A DNA stretch of 64,000 nt from Candidatus Nealsonbacteria bacterium (GCA_019923655.1 JAHXGL010000001.1:3653-67652); one strand, 5' to 3'; positions 35,781-45,806 are shown, counted from the first letter of the stretch. Numbers and translations are program-made. Notes: a model not told the origin generated them from the sequence alone.

Positions 35781-38700
35781 AGATTTAGAAAAACAAAGTT
35801 TATCGGTTGGGCAGATTAAGCCGTGGGAGATTGTTGAAGAAATGAAAGAATCATACATTGATTACGCAATGTCGGTTATTGTTTCGCGCGCCCTGCCTGA
35901 TGTCCGCGACGGATTAAAACCGGTCCACCGCAGGATTTTGTATGCAATGCATGAGATGGGATTAAATCATACTGCAAAATTCAGAAAATCAGCAACAGTC
36001 GTGGGTGAATGTTTTATAAAAGATACTTTAATTTTGACCAAAAAAGGACTGATACCAATTCAGGAAATTAGAATTGGAGACGAAGTTTACACTCAAAATG
36101 GATTGCAAAAAGTAATTCGGCTTTACGAAATGCCAGAAAAGCCATTACTGAAAGTTATATTGGAAAATGGAATTTCAAACATTGTTACTCTCTCCCAAAA
36201 GTTTAAAGTTTTGACTCCTGATTGGAAATTTGAGTGGAAAGAAGCCAAGGATTTAACTAAAAATGATTATCTTTTAATAAAAGCTGACTACCCAGAGATT
36301 AAAAATTTAGTAGAACTGAATAAAATTGAAGAAAATCAACCTCAATATTTAGATGAAAATATTGCCTATTTGTTAGGAATTCTAATTTCTGATGGTTCAG
36401 TTTCTAATGATTATGGAAGAAAAAAACTTCCTAGACTTAGTTTTGGGTTAGGCGAAGCAAAAGAAAAAGCAGCAGAAAAAATAGTTTCAATTTTTGGGAA
36501 AGAATTCAATTATACTCCTACCCTTGAAGAGGATGATTATCAATACAAAACTAAAAGCGGAAAGATTTTTAATAATAAGAGGTATCAGATTAGAATTAAT
36601 AGGAAAGCTATTAATGAATTTTTCGTCTCTAATTTTGAACTAAAAGGATTTAAAGCTCCTACTAAAAAAATTCCTTCAAAAATTTTCCAATCACCTCCTA
36701 ATGTTATTTTCTCTTTTATCTCTGGATTGATTGATGGAGACGGATGTGTAAAACCTGGGAAGTGTTGTATTCAATATGCTTCAAGTTCAGAAAAATTAAT
36801 TGACGGTTTACTAATTATCCTTTTACATCAAGGAATATTTAGTTCTAAATATATTCTAAAACTTAAAGAAGGTGGCTACATTAATGGAAGAATAGTTAAA
36901 GGAAGATATCAACCCTATAGTTTAGAAGTAGGGGCAGAAAATGCTCTAAGATTAGCTAAATATTTAAATTTAGCTTCAAAGAAAAAGAGACTTAGAATTC
37001 AGGAAATTATTGAAAATGAAAAAGTTAGAAGAAATTGTGGATTTCAATACGATATTATTCCTTATGCTGGGAAAATGTTATTTGGAGAATTAAGAGAAAA
37101 TCACTTAGGAGCTGGTTGGTATCAAGATATAAATGGAAATAAATTTAGAATGGGAATAAAGTATCCTAATGGAGGATGTAAAATACGATATTCATCTGAT
37201 CTCCGGGAGAAACCTTTAAGAAAAACCCAAGTTATTGATTGGGGAATAAAAGAAAAATTAGATAAAATTGGATCTCCTCTTTTTGAATTTTTAAATCACA
37301 TTATTGAAAATAAAATTTACTTTTTGAAAGTAGCTTCAATAAAAAAAGTTGTTTCTCAAAAAACTTACGATTTTGAAGTAGGAAATGATCACGAATTTAT
37401 AGCTAACGGAATGATTTCTCATAATTGTATGGGAAAATTTCATCCGCATGGCGATGCCGCAATTTACGATTCTTTAGTCCGTATGGCTCAAGATTTTTCA
37501 TTGAGATATCCTTTAATTCAGGGTCAAGGAAATTTTGGAAGTTTAGATTCGGATCCGCCGGCCGCTCAAAGGTATACCGAAACCCGTCTTTCCAAAATCG
37601 GCGAGGAAATGCTGAAAGACATTGAAAAAAACACGATTGATTTTGCTGATAATTACGATGCCACCAGAAAAGAGCCAATGGTTTTACCCTCGCCTTTGCC
37701 CCAGCTTTTATTAAACGGTTCTTTGGGAATTGCGGTTGGTATGGCAACTAATATCCCTCCCCATAATTTATCCGAGGTTTGCGAAGCGCTGATTTATCTG
37801 ATTGACAAACCCAAGGCGAATGTGGAAGATCTTTTTAAGTTTATTCAGGGTCCGGATTTTCCTACTGGCGGGATAATTTATAACCAGAAGGAAATTCTCT
37901 CTGCTTATTCACAGGGCAAGGGGCCGATTGTTATCCGGGGAAAAGTAGAAATTGTTGAGGATGAAAAAAAGAGCCGTTCGCGAATTTTAATTTCCGAAAT
38001 TCCATTTCAAGTTCAAAAATCCTCTCTGGTTCAGCAATTTGCCAATTTGGTTCAGACCAAAAAGATTGACGGCATTAAAGACATTCGCGATGAATCAGAC
38101 CGGGAGGGGATGAGGATAGTTATTGAGCTTTCTCGCGACGCTTTTCCTCAGAAAATTTTAAACCGGCTTTATAAATTTACCGACCTCCAAAAAACTTTCC
38201 ATATGAATATGCTTGCTCTTGTTGAAAGAATTCAGCCCAGGGTGCTGAATATAGCGGAAATGCTCGGTAATTTTATTCTCCATCGCAAAGAAGTGATTTT
38301 CCGCAGAACAAAATATGATCTGGAAAAAGCCAAAGAAAGAGTTCATATATTAGAAGGGCTTTATAAATGTCTGGCTAACATTGACGCGGTTATCAAAATT
38401 ATTAAAAATTCCGCTCACAGGGAAGAAGCCCAGAAGAATCTGATTAAAAAATTCCGCTTAACTCAAATTCAAGTCAACGCTATTTTGGAAACGCGGCTGG
38501 CAAGTTTGGCAACGCTGGAGAGAAAGAAAATTGAAGATGAATTAAAAGAAATCCAGGCAAAAATTAAAAACTTATTAGTCCTTTTGAATAGTCCCCAGAA
38601 AATAAAAGACCAAATTAAGCAAGAGATAAAAGAGGTTAAAGAAAAATTTGGAGACCAAAGAAGAACAAAGGTTCATCTCCAAAAATTAGGGGAGATTAAC

Positions 38701-39678
38701 GAACAGGATTTAATTCCCAAAGAAGAGACGATTATTACTTTAACCCTTGGCGGCTACATTAAAAGAATAAACCCAAAAACATACAAAATTCAAAAACGAG
38801 GCGGTAAGGGCATTTTAGGAATGAAAACAGTGGGCGAAGATATTGTGAAACACTTTTTGCTCGTTAATACTCATGACGATCTTTTGTTCTTTACTGATTC
38901 TGGAAAAGTTTTCAGGACTCCGGTTTATGAAATTCCGGAAGGCGTTCGGGTCGCTAAGGGTCGGGGCTTGTTAAACTTTTTGGAAATTTCATCCGAGGAT
39001 AAAATCTTGTCTGTTTTAGGCCTTGGCAAAAACGATGAATCATTAGGAATCAAATATTTGGTAATGGTGACTAAGGGTGGTATAATTAAAAAAACCAGCT
39101 TGTCAGAATTTGACAATATCCGTCGGTCCGGTTTAATTGCCATTAATTTGAAAAAAGGAGACGCCTTAACAAGGGTTAAAAAGAGCGCTGGCCAGGATGA
39201 AATAATTTTAGCCACTAAAAAGGGACAGGCAATCAGATTTAAGGAAAAAGAAATCAGAGAAATGGGAAGAACAGCCCGCGGCAATAAAGGGATACGGCTG
39301 AAAAAGGGAGACGAGGTAATAGAAATGGATATAATAGAAGCGAAAAATGCAAACAACAATGAAAAGATAAAAAATAAAAAAGAATATCTTTTAGTAATTA
39401 CTGAAAATGGCTATGGCAAGCGGACCGAGCTTGTTCAGTATAAATCGCAAACCCGGGGCGGTTCAGGAGTTAAAACCAGCCAACTAAGTTCAAAAACCGG
39501 AAACTTGGTTACAGCTAAAGTTTTATCCGACGAAGAAGATTTAATCGCTATTTCTCAAAAGGGACAGGTGATTAGGGCGAAAATTTCCCAGATTCCCTTG
39601 CTTTCTCGCTCTACTCAAGGAGTTCGGCTAATGCGGCTGGACCAAGGAGATAAAATAACATCAACAGCCTGGGTCTAG
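35773..39678 (+). CDS. gyrA: DNA gyrase subunit A, interrupted by a 472-aa intein
   Basis: The exteins read ...RKSATVVGE|[20 protein letters not shown]...; the rest of GyrA is conserved, including the C-terminal beta-pinwheel repeats. Confidence 0.96.
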   Translation: MAKDLEKQSLSVGQIKPWEIVEEMKESYIDYAMSVIVSRALPDVRDGLKPVHRRILYAMHEMGLNHTAKFRKSATVVGECFIKDTLILTKKGLIPIQEIRIGDEVYTQNGLQKVIRLYEMPEKPLLKVILENGISNIVTLSQKFKVLTPDWKFEWKEAKDLTKNDYLLIKADYPEIKNLVELNKIEENQPQYLDENIAYLLGILISDGSVSNDYGRKKLPRLSFGLGEAKEKAAEKIVSIFGKEFNYTPTLEEDDYQYKTKSGKIFNNKRYQIRINRKAINEFFVSNFELKGFKAPTKKIPSKIFQSPPNVIFSFISGLIDGDGCVKPGKCCIQYASSSEKLIDGLLIILLHQGIFSSKYILKLKEGGYINGRIVKGRYQPYSLEVGAENALRLAKYLNLASKKKRLRIQEIIENEKVRRNCGFQYDIIPYAGKMLFGELRENHLGAGWYQDINGNKFRMGIKYPNGGCKIRYSSDLREKPLRKTQVIDWGIKEKLDKIGSPLFEFLNHIIENKIYFLKVASIKKVVSQKTYDFEVGNDHEFIANGMISHNCMGKFHPHGDAAIYDSLVRMAQDFSLRYPLIQGQGNFGSLDSDPPAAQRYTETRLSKIGEEMLKDIEKNTIDFADNYDATRKEPMVLPSPLPQLLLNGSLGIAVGMATNIPPHNLSEVCEALIYLIDKPKANVEDLFKFIQGPDFPTGGIIYNQKEILSAYSQGKGPIVIRGKVEIVEDEKKSRSRILISEIPFQVQKSSLVQQFANLVQTKKIDGIKDIRDESDREGMRIVIELSRDAFPQKILNRLYKFTDLQKTFHMNMLALVERIQPRVLNIAEMLGNFILHRKEVIFRRTKYDLEKAKERVHILEGLYKCLANIDAVIKIIKNSAHREEAQKNLIKKFRLTQIQVNAILETRLASLATLERKKIEDELKEIQAKIKNLLVLLNSPQKIKDQIKQEIKEVKEKFGDQRRTKVHLQKLGEINEQDLIPKEETIITLTLGGYIKRINPKTYKIQKRGGKGILGMKTVGEDIVKHFLLVNTHDDLLFFTDSGKVFRTPVYEIPEGVRVAKGRGLLNFLEISSEDKILSVLGLGKNDESLGIKYLVMVTKGGIIKKTSLSEFDNIRRSGLIAINLKKGDALTRVKKSAGQDEIILATKKGQAIRFKEKEIREMGRTARGNKGIRLKKGDEVIEMDIIEAKNANNNEKIKNKKEYLLVITENGYGKRTELVQYKSQTRGGSGVKTSQLSSKTGNLVTAKVLSDEEDLIAISQKGQVIRAKISQIPLLSRSTQGVRLMRLDQGDKITSTAWV
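36010..37425 (+). mobile_element. Intein with a LAGLIDADG homing-endonuclease domain
   Basis: Starts with Cys ([10 protein letters not shown]) and ends ...GMISHN, followed by a +1 Cys. LAGLIDADG motifs [12 protein letters not shown] and [12 protein letters not shown]. Confidence 0.9.
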
Positions 39679-39763
39679 AAAAACGCGCTTGACATATAAT
39701 ATATTTACTATAAGCTAAATGATAAATAGAAAGGTCGAAAAAAAACATAAAAAATATAATAAA

Positions 39764-39867
39764 GTTTCCAAATCCTTTGGCAGTCTTCCAAACCACGAAG
39801 AGGTTTGGAAACGCAGTCTTCCAAACCACGAAGGATTTGGAAACGAATTTGGAAACGAATTTGAAAG
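39764..39867. repeat. Array of TCTTCCAAACC...GGTTTGGAAACG palindromic units (2 full units plus partial ones)
   Basis: Full units at 39784-39816 and 39817-39847, read directly; the array ends 5 nt before the ATG at 39872. Confidence 0.9.
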
Positions 39868-39871
39868 ACTA

Positions 39872-40438
39872 ATGAAAAATATTTTGTCAAAAAGCATCTT
39901 GTCCTTGCTCTTAATCAGTTTTTTAGTTGTTCCAATAGTTGGGTTGGCAACAAGTGGGGCTACTCCCCCTGTTCCGAGAGTGGAGTGTCCAAAACTTTTA
40001 ACAAAGGCTCTCTGTGAGCAGACAGAAACTCCTGATATTAGATGTTTCTGGCATAGGGATGCAGCAGGCACAACAGCAGATCCTAGATGCAGGCATTTTC
40101 TAGCGCCACCACCAGAAGTAGATTTTTTAGCTGCGTTAGCCTGGATAGTTAATTTTGTTTTTTTCATTTTTATAACTGTAGCAGTAATTTTTATTATTGT
40201 GGCCGCTTTTCAGTTTCTTACGGCCGCTGGAGATGCTGAAGCAATTAAAAAGGCGCGAACAAGCATTCTTTACGCGGTAATTGCTATTGTAGTGGCAGTA
40301 ATGGCTCAAGGAACTGTAGACTTTATAAGAGATCGACTAGTAGCAGCACCACCAGTACCACCACCAGCACCAACAACACCACCAGCAACACTAGCACCAC
40401 CAGTAGAACCAGTAGAACCAGTAGAACCAGTAGTATAG
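39872..40438 (+). CDS. Secreted/membrane protein resembling CPR TrbC/VirB2-type (T4SS pilin-like) proteins
   Basis: Signal peptide MKNILSKSILSLLLISFLVVPIVG; a 4-Cys segment; two hydrophobic helices flanking FQFLTAAGDAEAIKKARTSILYA; a Pro-rich tail with (PVE)x3. Confidence 0.55.
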   Translation: MKNILSKSILSLLLISFLVVPIVGLATSGATPPVPRVECPKLLTKALCEQTETPDIRCFWHRDAAGTTADPRCRHFLAPPPEVDFLAALAWIVNFVFFIFITVAVIFIIVAAFQFLTAAGDAEAIKKARTSILYAVIAIVVAVMAQGTVDFIRDRLVAAPPVPPPAPTTPPATLAPPVEPVEPVEPVV

Positions 40439-40549
40439 CTGTTTAATAACCAAAAAACAGCTCTACGGAAAACGCTGAAGTTTTGCGATTTGGCTGGGAG
40501 CGCGGGTTAGGAGTGTGAGATTTAAATCTCACACTCCTTGTTGGTTTAA

Positions 40550-40632
40550 GTCCAGGTGGCGGAACTGGTAGACGCGGTAGGTTTAGGACCTACTAGGATT
40601 ATCCTGTGGGAGTTCGAATCTCCCCCTGGGCA
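40550..40632 (+). tRNA. tRNA-Leu(UAG), long variable arm
   Basis: Acceptor GTCCAGG/CCTGGGC (one G-U pair), anticodon loop TTTAGGA, T-loop TTCGAAT. Confidence 0.88.
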
Positions 40633-40641
40633 CAAATAAAA

Positions 40642-40665
40642 AGACAGGGCGCGAAGCCCTGGTCT
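40642..40665 (-). terminator. Rho-independent terminator for hsp20; on the minus strand a UUUUUAUUU run follows the hairpin
   Basis: agacagggc-gcgaa-gccctggtct read directly; GCGAAGC-type apex. Confidence 0.65.
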
Positions 40666-40675
40666 CTATAGGAGT

Positions 40676-41260
40676 CTATATGGCGCTAGAAATTTTTATT
40701 TCCCTTTTTCTTTCCCGGGAAGCCTTAGGGATTTTAATAGTTAAAATTCCTTGTTTCATTGTTGAAATAATCCGTGAAAGATCAACTTGTTCGGGCAGGA
40801 TTATTTTTCGGGAAAATAGCCCCCAATAACATTCTTGAATAAGATAATTTTGGCTTGTTTCTTTGTCTGGTTCTAATTTTGGTCGAATACCTCTGATAAT
40901 TATCATCTCGTCTTCAACTGTAATTTCTAATTCTTCTGGCTTGACGCCGGCAATAGCTGATTGGATAATAAACTCTTGTTCGGTTTGAAAAAAGTCAATT
41001 GCTAATTGACCTTCTGCTTCAAACCACTCTTTGTTTTTACTAGCTGCGCTTACAAGGGAAGGGCTCTCTTTGGTGCTTAAGCAGGCAAAAGATTCATTGC
41101 CTTTGGTAGCCAATTCAATCAAAGTTGTTTTGATTTCTAATTTCTTTGGTTCTTGGCTCTTTTGCTTGTTTGAGTTCTCGGAAATAGGGCTCTTAACAGG
41201 ACCTGTTTTGGTTGCTTCTGTTTTGGTCGTTATTTTTTTTAATTTCTTAAAAAAAGACAT
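40676..41260 (-). CDS. Hsp20/alpha-crystallin family small heat-shock protein with a long N-terminal low-complexity region
   Basis: C-terminal ACD: DFFQTEQEFIIQSAIAGVKPEELEITVEDEMIIIRG...GILTIKIPK. Confidence 0.85.
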   Translation of the reverse strand: MSFFKKLKKITTKTEATKTGPVKSPISENSNKQKSQEPKKLEIKTTLIELATKGNESFACLSTKESPSLVSAASKNKEWFEAEGQLAIDFFQTEQEFIIQSAIAGVKPEELEITVEDEMIIIRGIRPKLEPDKETSQNYLIQECYWGLFSRKIILPEQVDLSRIISTMKQGILTIKIPKASRERKREIKISSAI

Positions 41261-41262
41261 AA

Positions 41263-42009
41263 TTATATTTTACAAACGCTTTTTAATTTTTTTATTTTTT
41301 TGAAAGCGACTAACGCAAACGCAGCCAAACCAATTAAGACAATTATTGGAATTGAAATTAAGGCAATTACTAAAACAGGCTCGTAAACAATATCTTTCTC
41401 AATTATTATTATAGGAAAATTATAAACTCCGTGCAAGAGGGAGGCTATTCCTATTCCAAAGAGGAGAAGTTTTTTGCGTTGTTTTGTTTCAAAAAAAGAT
41501 AGAGCCATATAATAACCGATAAGCCCGGAACACAAGGCGTGTAAAAAAGTGGCGCTGATAAAGCGGAGAAAAGCCAGAAAGAAAAGTTCAGGAAAGGTAA
41601 ACAGGGGATGAGCGCCGAATAAAATCAAAATATTTTCAAGAGCGGCAAAGCCCAAACCAGCAATAATCATATAGAGCATAATATCAATTGGTTCGTCAAA
41701 TTCAGAACTGCGCAAGACCTTATATCTAACCACTAGATATTTTAGAACTTCTTCAGCTGTTGCCCAGAATAAAACATAGAGAGCTAAACCAATAATTGAA
41801 ATGCCAATCATATTTTTAATATCTTCTAAAGATTCAAGCAATATCAAAGAGATAACGACAAAGATAATTGGTAAAGTACTTGCCATGCCCCAGATAAAAA
41901 TTTTTAGAATCATTCGTTTTGACTCGGGATGAACATCTTTTCTAAGAAAAAAACAGAGCCAGATAAAACTGGGCAAAAGACCAAGGATAATGTAGAGAAA
42001 ATAGCTCAT
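41263..42009 (-). CDS. PrsW-family intramembrane protease
   Basis: Multi-TM protein with EEVLKY and HxxxN-type (LLHGVYNF) motifs. Confidence 0.65.
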   Translation of the reverse strand: MSYFLYIILGLLPSFIWLCFFLRKDVHPESKRMILKIFIWGMASTLPIIFVVISLILLESLEDIKNMIGISIIGLALYVLFWATAEEVLKYLVVRYKVLRSSEFDEPIDIMLYMIIAGLGFAALENILILFGAHPLFTFPELFFLAFLRFISATFLHALCSGLIGYYMALSFFETKQRKKLLLFGIGIASLLHGVYNFPIIIIEKDIVYEPVLVIALISIPIIVLIGLAAFALVAFKKIKKLKSVCKI

Positions 42010-43109
42010 ATTCTAAGATTCGCTTTTGCCTTAATGTTTTTCCATATCTTGATTTCTTTTTTAAGCCAAAGAAAATATCCTGTAATTCCAATCATAACCG
42101 CATTGTCAGCGCGCATATTAGGGGCTGGAATACATAGTTTAGAATTTGGAATTTCTTTTTTGATTTTTTTCTTAAATTGTTTTTGCAATTCTTTATTGGC
42201 AATTACACCGCCGCCTAAGATTATAGTTTGGACATTATAATCTTTAGCGGCTCGCAAAGTTTTATAAAGCAAAACATCAATTATTGCCTGTTGGATTTCT
42301 TGGCACATCGCTTGTATAAACTTTTCGCTTAGTGCTTTTCGTTTAGTGCTTTGCGCTTTATATAACACTGCGGTTTTCAGTCCGGAAAAACTAAAATCAT
42401 AATTCTTCTGATAAATCATCGGTCTCGGCAGTTTAATTGAAAATTGAAAATTGTGAATTGAAAATTTAGCGGCAGTAGCCGCAATAGCCGGTCCTCCGGG
42501 ATAACCAAGACCTAAAATTCGGGCTGTTTTATCAAAACATTCTCCAGCCGCGTCATCCCGCGTCTCGCCTAAAATTTTATACTTGCCAAAATCTCTCATT
42601 AAAATTAACTGAGTATGCCCGCCCGAGACAACCAAACAAATCGCCGGAAATAAGTTTTTGTAATTTGTCTGCCTCGCCTCGACAGCGAGTCGAGGCTGGG
42701 CAATTTGTGATTTGTAATTTACGCTAACAAGGTTGGCCGCGATGTGCGCTTCAATATGATTTATTGGAATTATTGGCAAATTCCAATTATGAGCCAGGCC
42801 TTTGGCAAAATTCACCCCTGTCCATAAACAGGGCTCTAATCCCGGTCCAACAGTAACAGCAATTGCGTCTATCCTTGATAAACCTTGTTTATCTCCTTGT
42901 TTTAGCGCCTTTCTTAAAACCAGGGGCAAATTGCGTTGATGTTCTCTTTTGGCAAGTAAAGGATATATGCCGCCCCATTTCTGATGAATTTCATTTTGAG
43001 AAGAAACAACATTGCTTAAGATATTCAATTTAACCTGTTTTTTTCCAACAGCTTCAATCAAGGCAACGCAAGTATCGTCGCAAGATGTCTCAATAGCAAG
43101 AATTTTCAT
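42006..43109 (-). CDS. tsaD: tRNA N6-adenosine threonylcarbamoyltransferase TsaD (Kae1/Gcp)
   Basis: ILAIETSCDDT, NHIEAHI, LVVSGGHTQL, GYPGGP. Carries an 18-codon insertion. Confidence 0.93.
   Translation of the reverse strand: MKILAIETSCDDTCVALIEAVGKKQVKLNILSNVVSSQNEIHQKWGGIYPLLAKREHQRNLPLVLRKALKQGDKQGLSRIDAIAVTVGPGLEPCLWTGVNFAKGLAHNWNLPIIPINHIEAHIAANLVSVNYKSQIAQPRLAVEARQTNYKNLFPAICLVVSGGHTQLILMRDFGKYKILGETRDDAAGECFDKTARILGLGYPGGPAIAATAAKFSIHNFQFSIKLPRPMIYQKNYDFSFSGLKTAVLYKAQSTKRKALSEKFIQAMCQEIQQAIIDVLLYKTLRAAKDYNVQTIILGGGVIANKELQKQFKKKIKKEIPNSKLCIPAPNMRADNAVMIGITGYFLWLKKEIKIWKNIKAKANLRI
42657..42720. repeat. GC-rich hairpin insertion (GCCTCGAC-AGCGA-GTCGAGGC) flanked by the 10-bp direct repeat TTTGTAATTT, copies 54 nt apart
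   Basis: Read directly inside tsaD. Confidence 0.8.
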
Positions 43110-43572
43110 TTAGACGAATAATCTCTTCATTTGTTTTTTTAATAACCTCTTTAATGACTTGCTCTTCTTTTTTGTTAAATTTCTGAAGAACAAATTTTTC
43201 AATATTTTTTGGTTTTCCTTTTTCGGGCCGGATTCCTATTCTAAATCTATTGAAGTTTTTTGTTCCTATTTCTTTAATAATTGATTTTACTCCTTTGTGG
43301 CCGGCAGGCCCGCGGTTTTTAGAGATTCTTGTTTTTCCCAAAGGCAAATCAATGTCGTCGTGGACTACCCATAGACAGGTAAATGGTATTTTGTATTTGA
43401 CAATTAAGGATTTAATTGCTTTGCCGGAAAGATTCATAAAAGTTTTGGGCTTTGCCAAAATAGCTCTTGGTAGATTTAAAGATTTAAGATTGTCAATTAC
43501 TTGAAAACCAATATTGTGCCGAGTTTTAGTGTATTTTTTTCCGGGATTGCCCAGACCAACAACTAAAAGCAT
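43090..43572 (-). CDS. pth: Peptidyl-tRNA hydrolase
   Basis: LLVVGLGNPGKKYTKTRHNIGF, GHKGVKSI. Confidence 0.93.
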   Translation of the reverse strand: MLLVVGLGNPGKKYTKTRHNIGFQVIDNLKSLNLPRAILAKPKTFMNLSGKAIKSLIVKYKIPFTCLWVVHDDIDLPLGKTRISKNRGPAGHKGVKSIIKEIGTKNFNRFRIGIRPEKGKPKNIEKFVLQKFNKKEEQVIKEVIKKTNEEIIRLNENSCY

Positions 43573-43593
43573 ATTTTTTATTATAGCAATTTC

Positions 43594-43621
43594 TTGCAAA
43601 ATTAAAAAGCTTTGCTATAAT
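43594..43621 (+). promoter_or_regulatory. Putative promoter: TTGCAA, 16 nt, TGcTATAAT. The -10 ends 9 nt before the lepB ATG.
   Basis: Read directly. Confidence 0.5.
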
Positions 43622-43630
43622 TAAAAAACT

Positions 43631-44170
43631 ATGAAAAAGGCAATGCGTTTTATTTTAGAAATCGCGAAATTGATTATCATTGCTTTGTTGGTGGTAATTC
43701 CTGTCCGTTATTTTTTATTTCAGCCGTTTTTAGTTAGAGGAATTTCTATGGAACCAACTTTTCAAAATAACGATTATTTAATTGTTGAGCGAATTTCTTA
43801 TCGGTTTAGAACTCCGCAGAGAGGAGAGGTTGTGGTTTTCAAAAGGCCTATGAGCAATGAATTTCATATTAAAAGAATTGCCGGCCTGCCAGGAGAAACA
43901 ATAGAAATAAAAATTAAGGATCAGGGCATAATAATTTTTAGCAATAAAAAAGATTATCTATTGCCTCCTCTCCGATTTCCCGGAAATTTTAGAATTTTTT
44001 TAGAACAAGACGAATACTTTCTTTTGGGAGACAACAGGCTTCTTTCAATTGATTCAAGGAATTGGGGAGGACTGCCCAGGGAAAATATTGTTGGCAGGGT
44101 TTTTATCCGCGCTTTGCCTTTTACAATTATAGATACATGGATTGAGGATATAGAGAAAATTCAATTATGA
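43631..44170 (+). CDS. lepB: Signal peptidase I
   Basis: GISMEPTF (catalytic Ser), RGEVVVFK, IKRIAGLPGE, GDNRLLSIDSR. Confidence 0.93.
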   Translation: MKKAMRFILEIAKLIIIALLVVIPVRYFLFQPFLVRGISMEPTFQNNDYLIVERISYRFRTPQRGEVVVFKRPMSNEFHIKRIAGLPGETIEIKIKDQGIIIFSNKKDYLLPPLRFPGNFRIFLEQDEYFLLGDNRLLSIDSRNWGGLPRENIVGRVFIRALPFTIIDTWIEDIEKIQL

Positions 44171-45471
44171 AAATAAAATTTCAAACGCCAACAGGCATGC
44201 ATGATATCCTGCCGGACGAGCAAGGATATTTTAGGAAGATTTATAATGTCTGTGAAAACGCGGCTAATTTTTATCAGTTTAAAAAAATAGATACCCCGAT
44301 TTTAGAGGAAACAGAACTTTTTTCAAAAGGGACGGGAATGGGCAGTGATATTGTTCAGAAACAAATGTATAGCTTGAAAACCAAGGGAGGAGATTTTTTA
44401 ACTTTAAGACCGGAATTTACCCCGGGAATAGTTCGGGCATATATTAAGTATGGAATGCGCAATTTGCCTCAGCCGGTAAAACTCTATTCAATCGGGCCGG
44501 TGTTTAGATATGAGCGGCCCCAAGAAGACCGCTATCGTCAGTTTCATCAATTTAATTTAGAAATTTTAGGAGAAGCGAATCCTGTGATTGACGCTCAAAT
44601 TATTCAGATTTTTTATAACATTTTAGAAGAGCTCAAATTTAAGAAATTAATTGTGGAAATAAATAGCATTGGCGATGGCATTTGTCGGCCTCGTTACCGG
44701 AAAATTTTAATAAATTATTTAAAAAAAAGAGAAACAGATCTATGCGCTGATTGTCGGCAGAGGCTTGGGAAAAATCCGTTAAGGGTTTTAGACTGCAAGG
44801 AAGAGAAGTGCTGGAAAATAATAAAACAAGCTCCGCAGGCGATTAACTATCTTTGCAATGAATGCCGTGAGCATTTTAAGGAAGTTTTGGAGTTTCTTGA
44901 CGAAATTGAGCTTCCTTATAATTTAAATCCTTATTTAGTAAGGGGCTTAGACTATTATACCAAGACAGTTTTTGAAATTTTTGAAGAGCATGGAATTGCC
45001 CAAGAGGAGAAAAAGAGAAACGCTTTGTTGGCAGGAGGAAGATATGATAATTTAGTTAAGAAATTGGGCGGTCTGCCAACACCTGCCTGCGGCGGAGCCA
45101 TTGGAATAGAAAGAATAGTAAATTTAATAAAGACTAAAGAAGTAAAAGTTTCTTCATTGGCTTCAACAGCGCAGACTAAAATTTTTTTGGCTCAATTAGG
45201 GGATTTGGCTAAAAGAAAAAGCTTAAATCTTTTAGAAAGTTTTCGCAAAAAGAAAATTAATATTGCTGAATCTTTTAGCAGAGATTCTTTGAAAAGCCAA
45301 TTAGCTCAAGCTGATAAAATTGGGGTAAAATATACTTTAATCTTGGGGCAAAAAGAAGTTTTAGAGAATACGATTATTATTAGAGATATGAAAACCGGCC
45401 AGCAGGAAACAAAGAAAATGAAGGAGATTGTTGGCATAATGAAGAAAAAGGTTGAAAAAATAAAAACATGA
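44167..45471 (+). CDS. hisS: Histidine--tRNA ligase
   Basis: Class II motifs: LRPEFT, FRYERPQ..RYRQFHQ, GGGRYD-like AGGRYDNL, GIERI. Confidence 0.93.
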   Translation: MKIKFQTPTGMHDILPDEQGYFRKIYNVCENAANFYQFKKIDTPILEETELFSKGTGMGSDIVQKQMYSLKTKGGDFLTLRPEFTPGIVRAYIKYGMRNLPQPVKLYSIGPVFRYERPQEDRYRQFHQFNLEILGEANPVIDAQIIQIFYNILEELKFKKLIVEINSIGDGICRPRYRKILINYLKKRETDLCADCRQRLGKNPLRVLDCKEEKCWKIIKQAPQAINYLCNECREHFKEVLEFLDEIELPYNLNPYLVRGLDYYTKTVFEIFEEHGIAQEEKKRNALLAGGRYDNLVKKLGGLPTPACGGAIGIERIVNLIKTKEVKVSSLASTAQTKIFLAQLGDLAKRKSLNLLESFRKKKINIAESFSRDSLKSQLAQADKIGVKYTLILGQKEVLENTIIIRDMKTGQQETKKMKEIVGIMKKKVEKIKT

Positions 45472-45806
45472 CAAATTGTATTTTTTGTAAAATTATAAAT
45501 AAAGAAATGCCAGCTGATATTATTTATCAGGATGATAAAGTTATGGCATTCAAAGATATTAAGCCGGTCGCGCCGGTCCATCTTTTAATTATTCCAAAAA
45601 AACATATTTCTTTGGCTTGCGATTTAGAATTAAAAGACAGAGAAATAATCGGCAAGATGTTTTTAGTTGCCCAAAAAATAGCCCGAGAACAGGGCGTTTC
45701 AGAAACCGGATATCGCTTAGTGATAAATGTCGGCAAAGACGCTGGCCAGACAGTGGCTCATTTACATTTACATTTATTGGGCGGAGAAAAATTACCATGG
45801 GCTTAG
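45468..45806 (+). CDS. HIT-family (histidine triad) protein
   Basis: CIFCKII...; HLHLHLLGG triad. Confidence 0.92.
   Translation: MTNCIFCKIINKEMPADIIYQDDKVMAFKDIKPVAPVHLLIIPKKHISLACDLELKDREIIGKMFLVAQKIAREQGVSETGYRLVINVGKDAGQTVAHLHLHLLGGEKLPWA

Noticed and set aside
39715-40167. Minus-strand 150-aa ORF, and the 39719 start of the plus-strand 239-aa ORF
   Set aside because: The minus-strand ORF is antisense to the pilin-like gene. The plus-strand upstream part is translated palindromic repeat array, and a signal peptide begins at the Met at 39872.
45617-45796. Upstream part of ORF 45617..46015
   Set aside because: It overlaps the HIT-family gene in another frame. Only the segment from the ATG at 45797 matches ribosomal protein S21.
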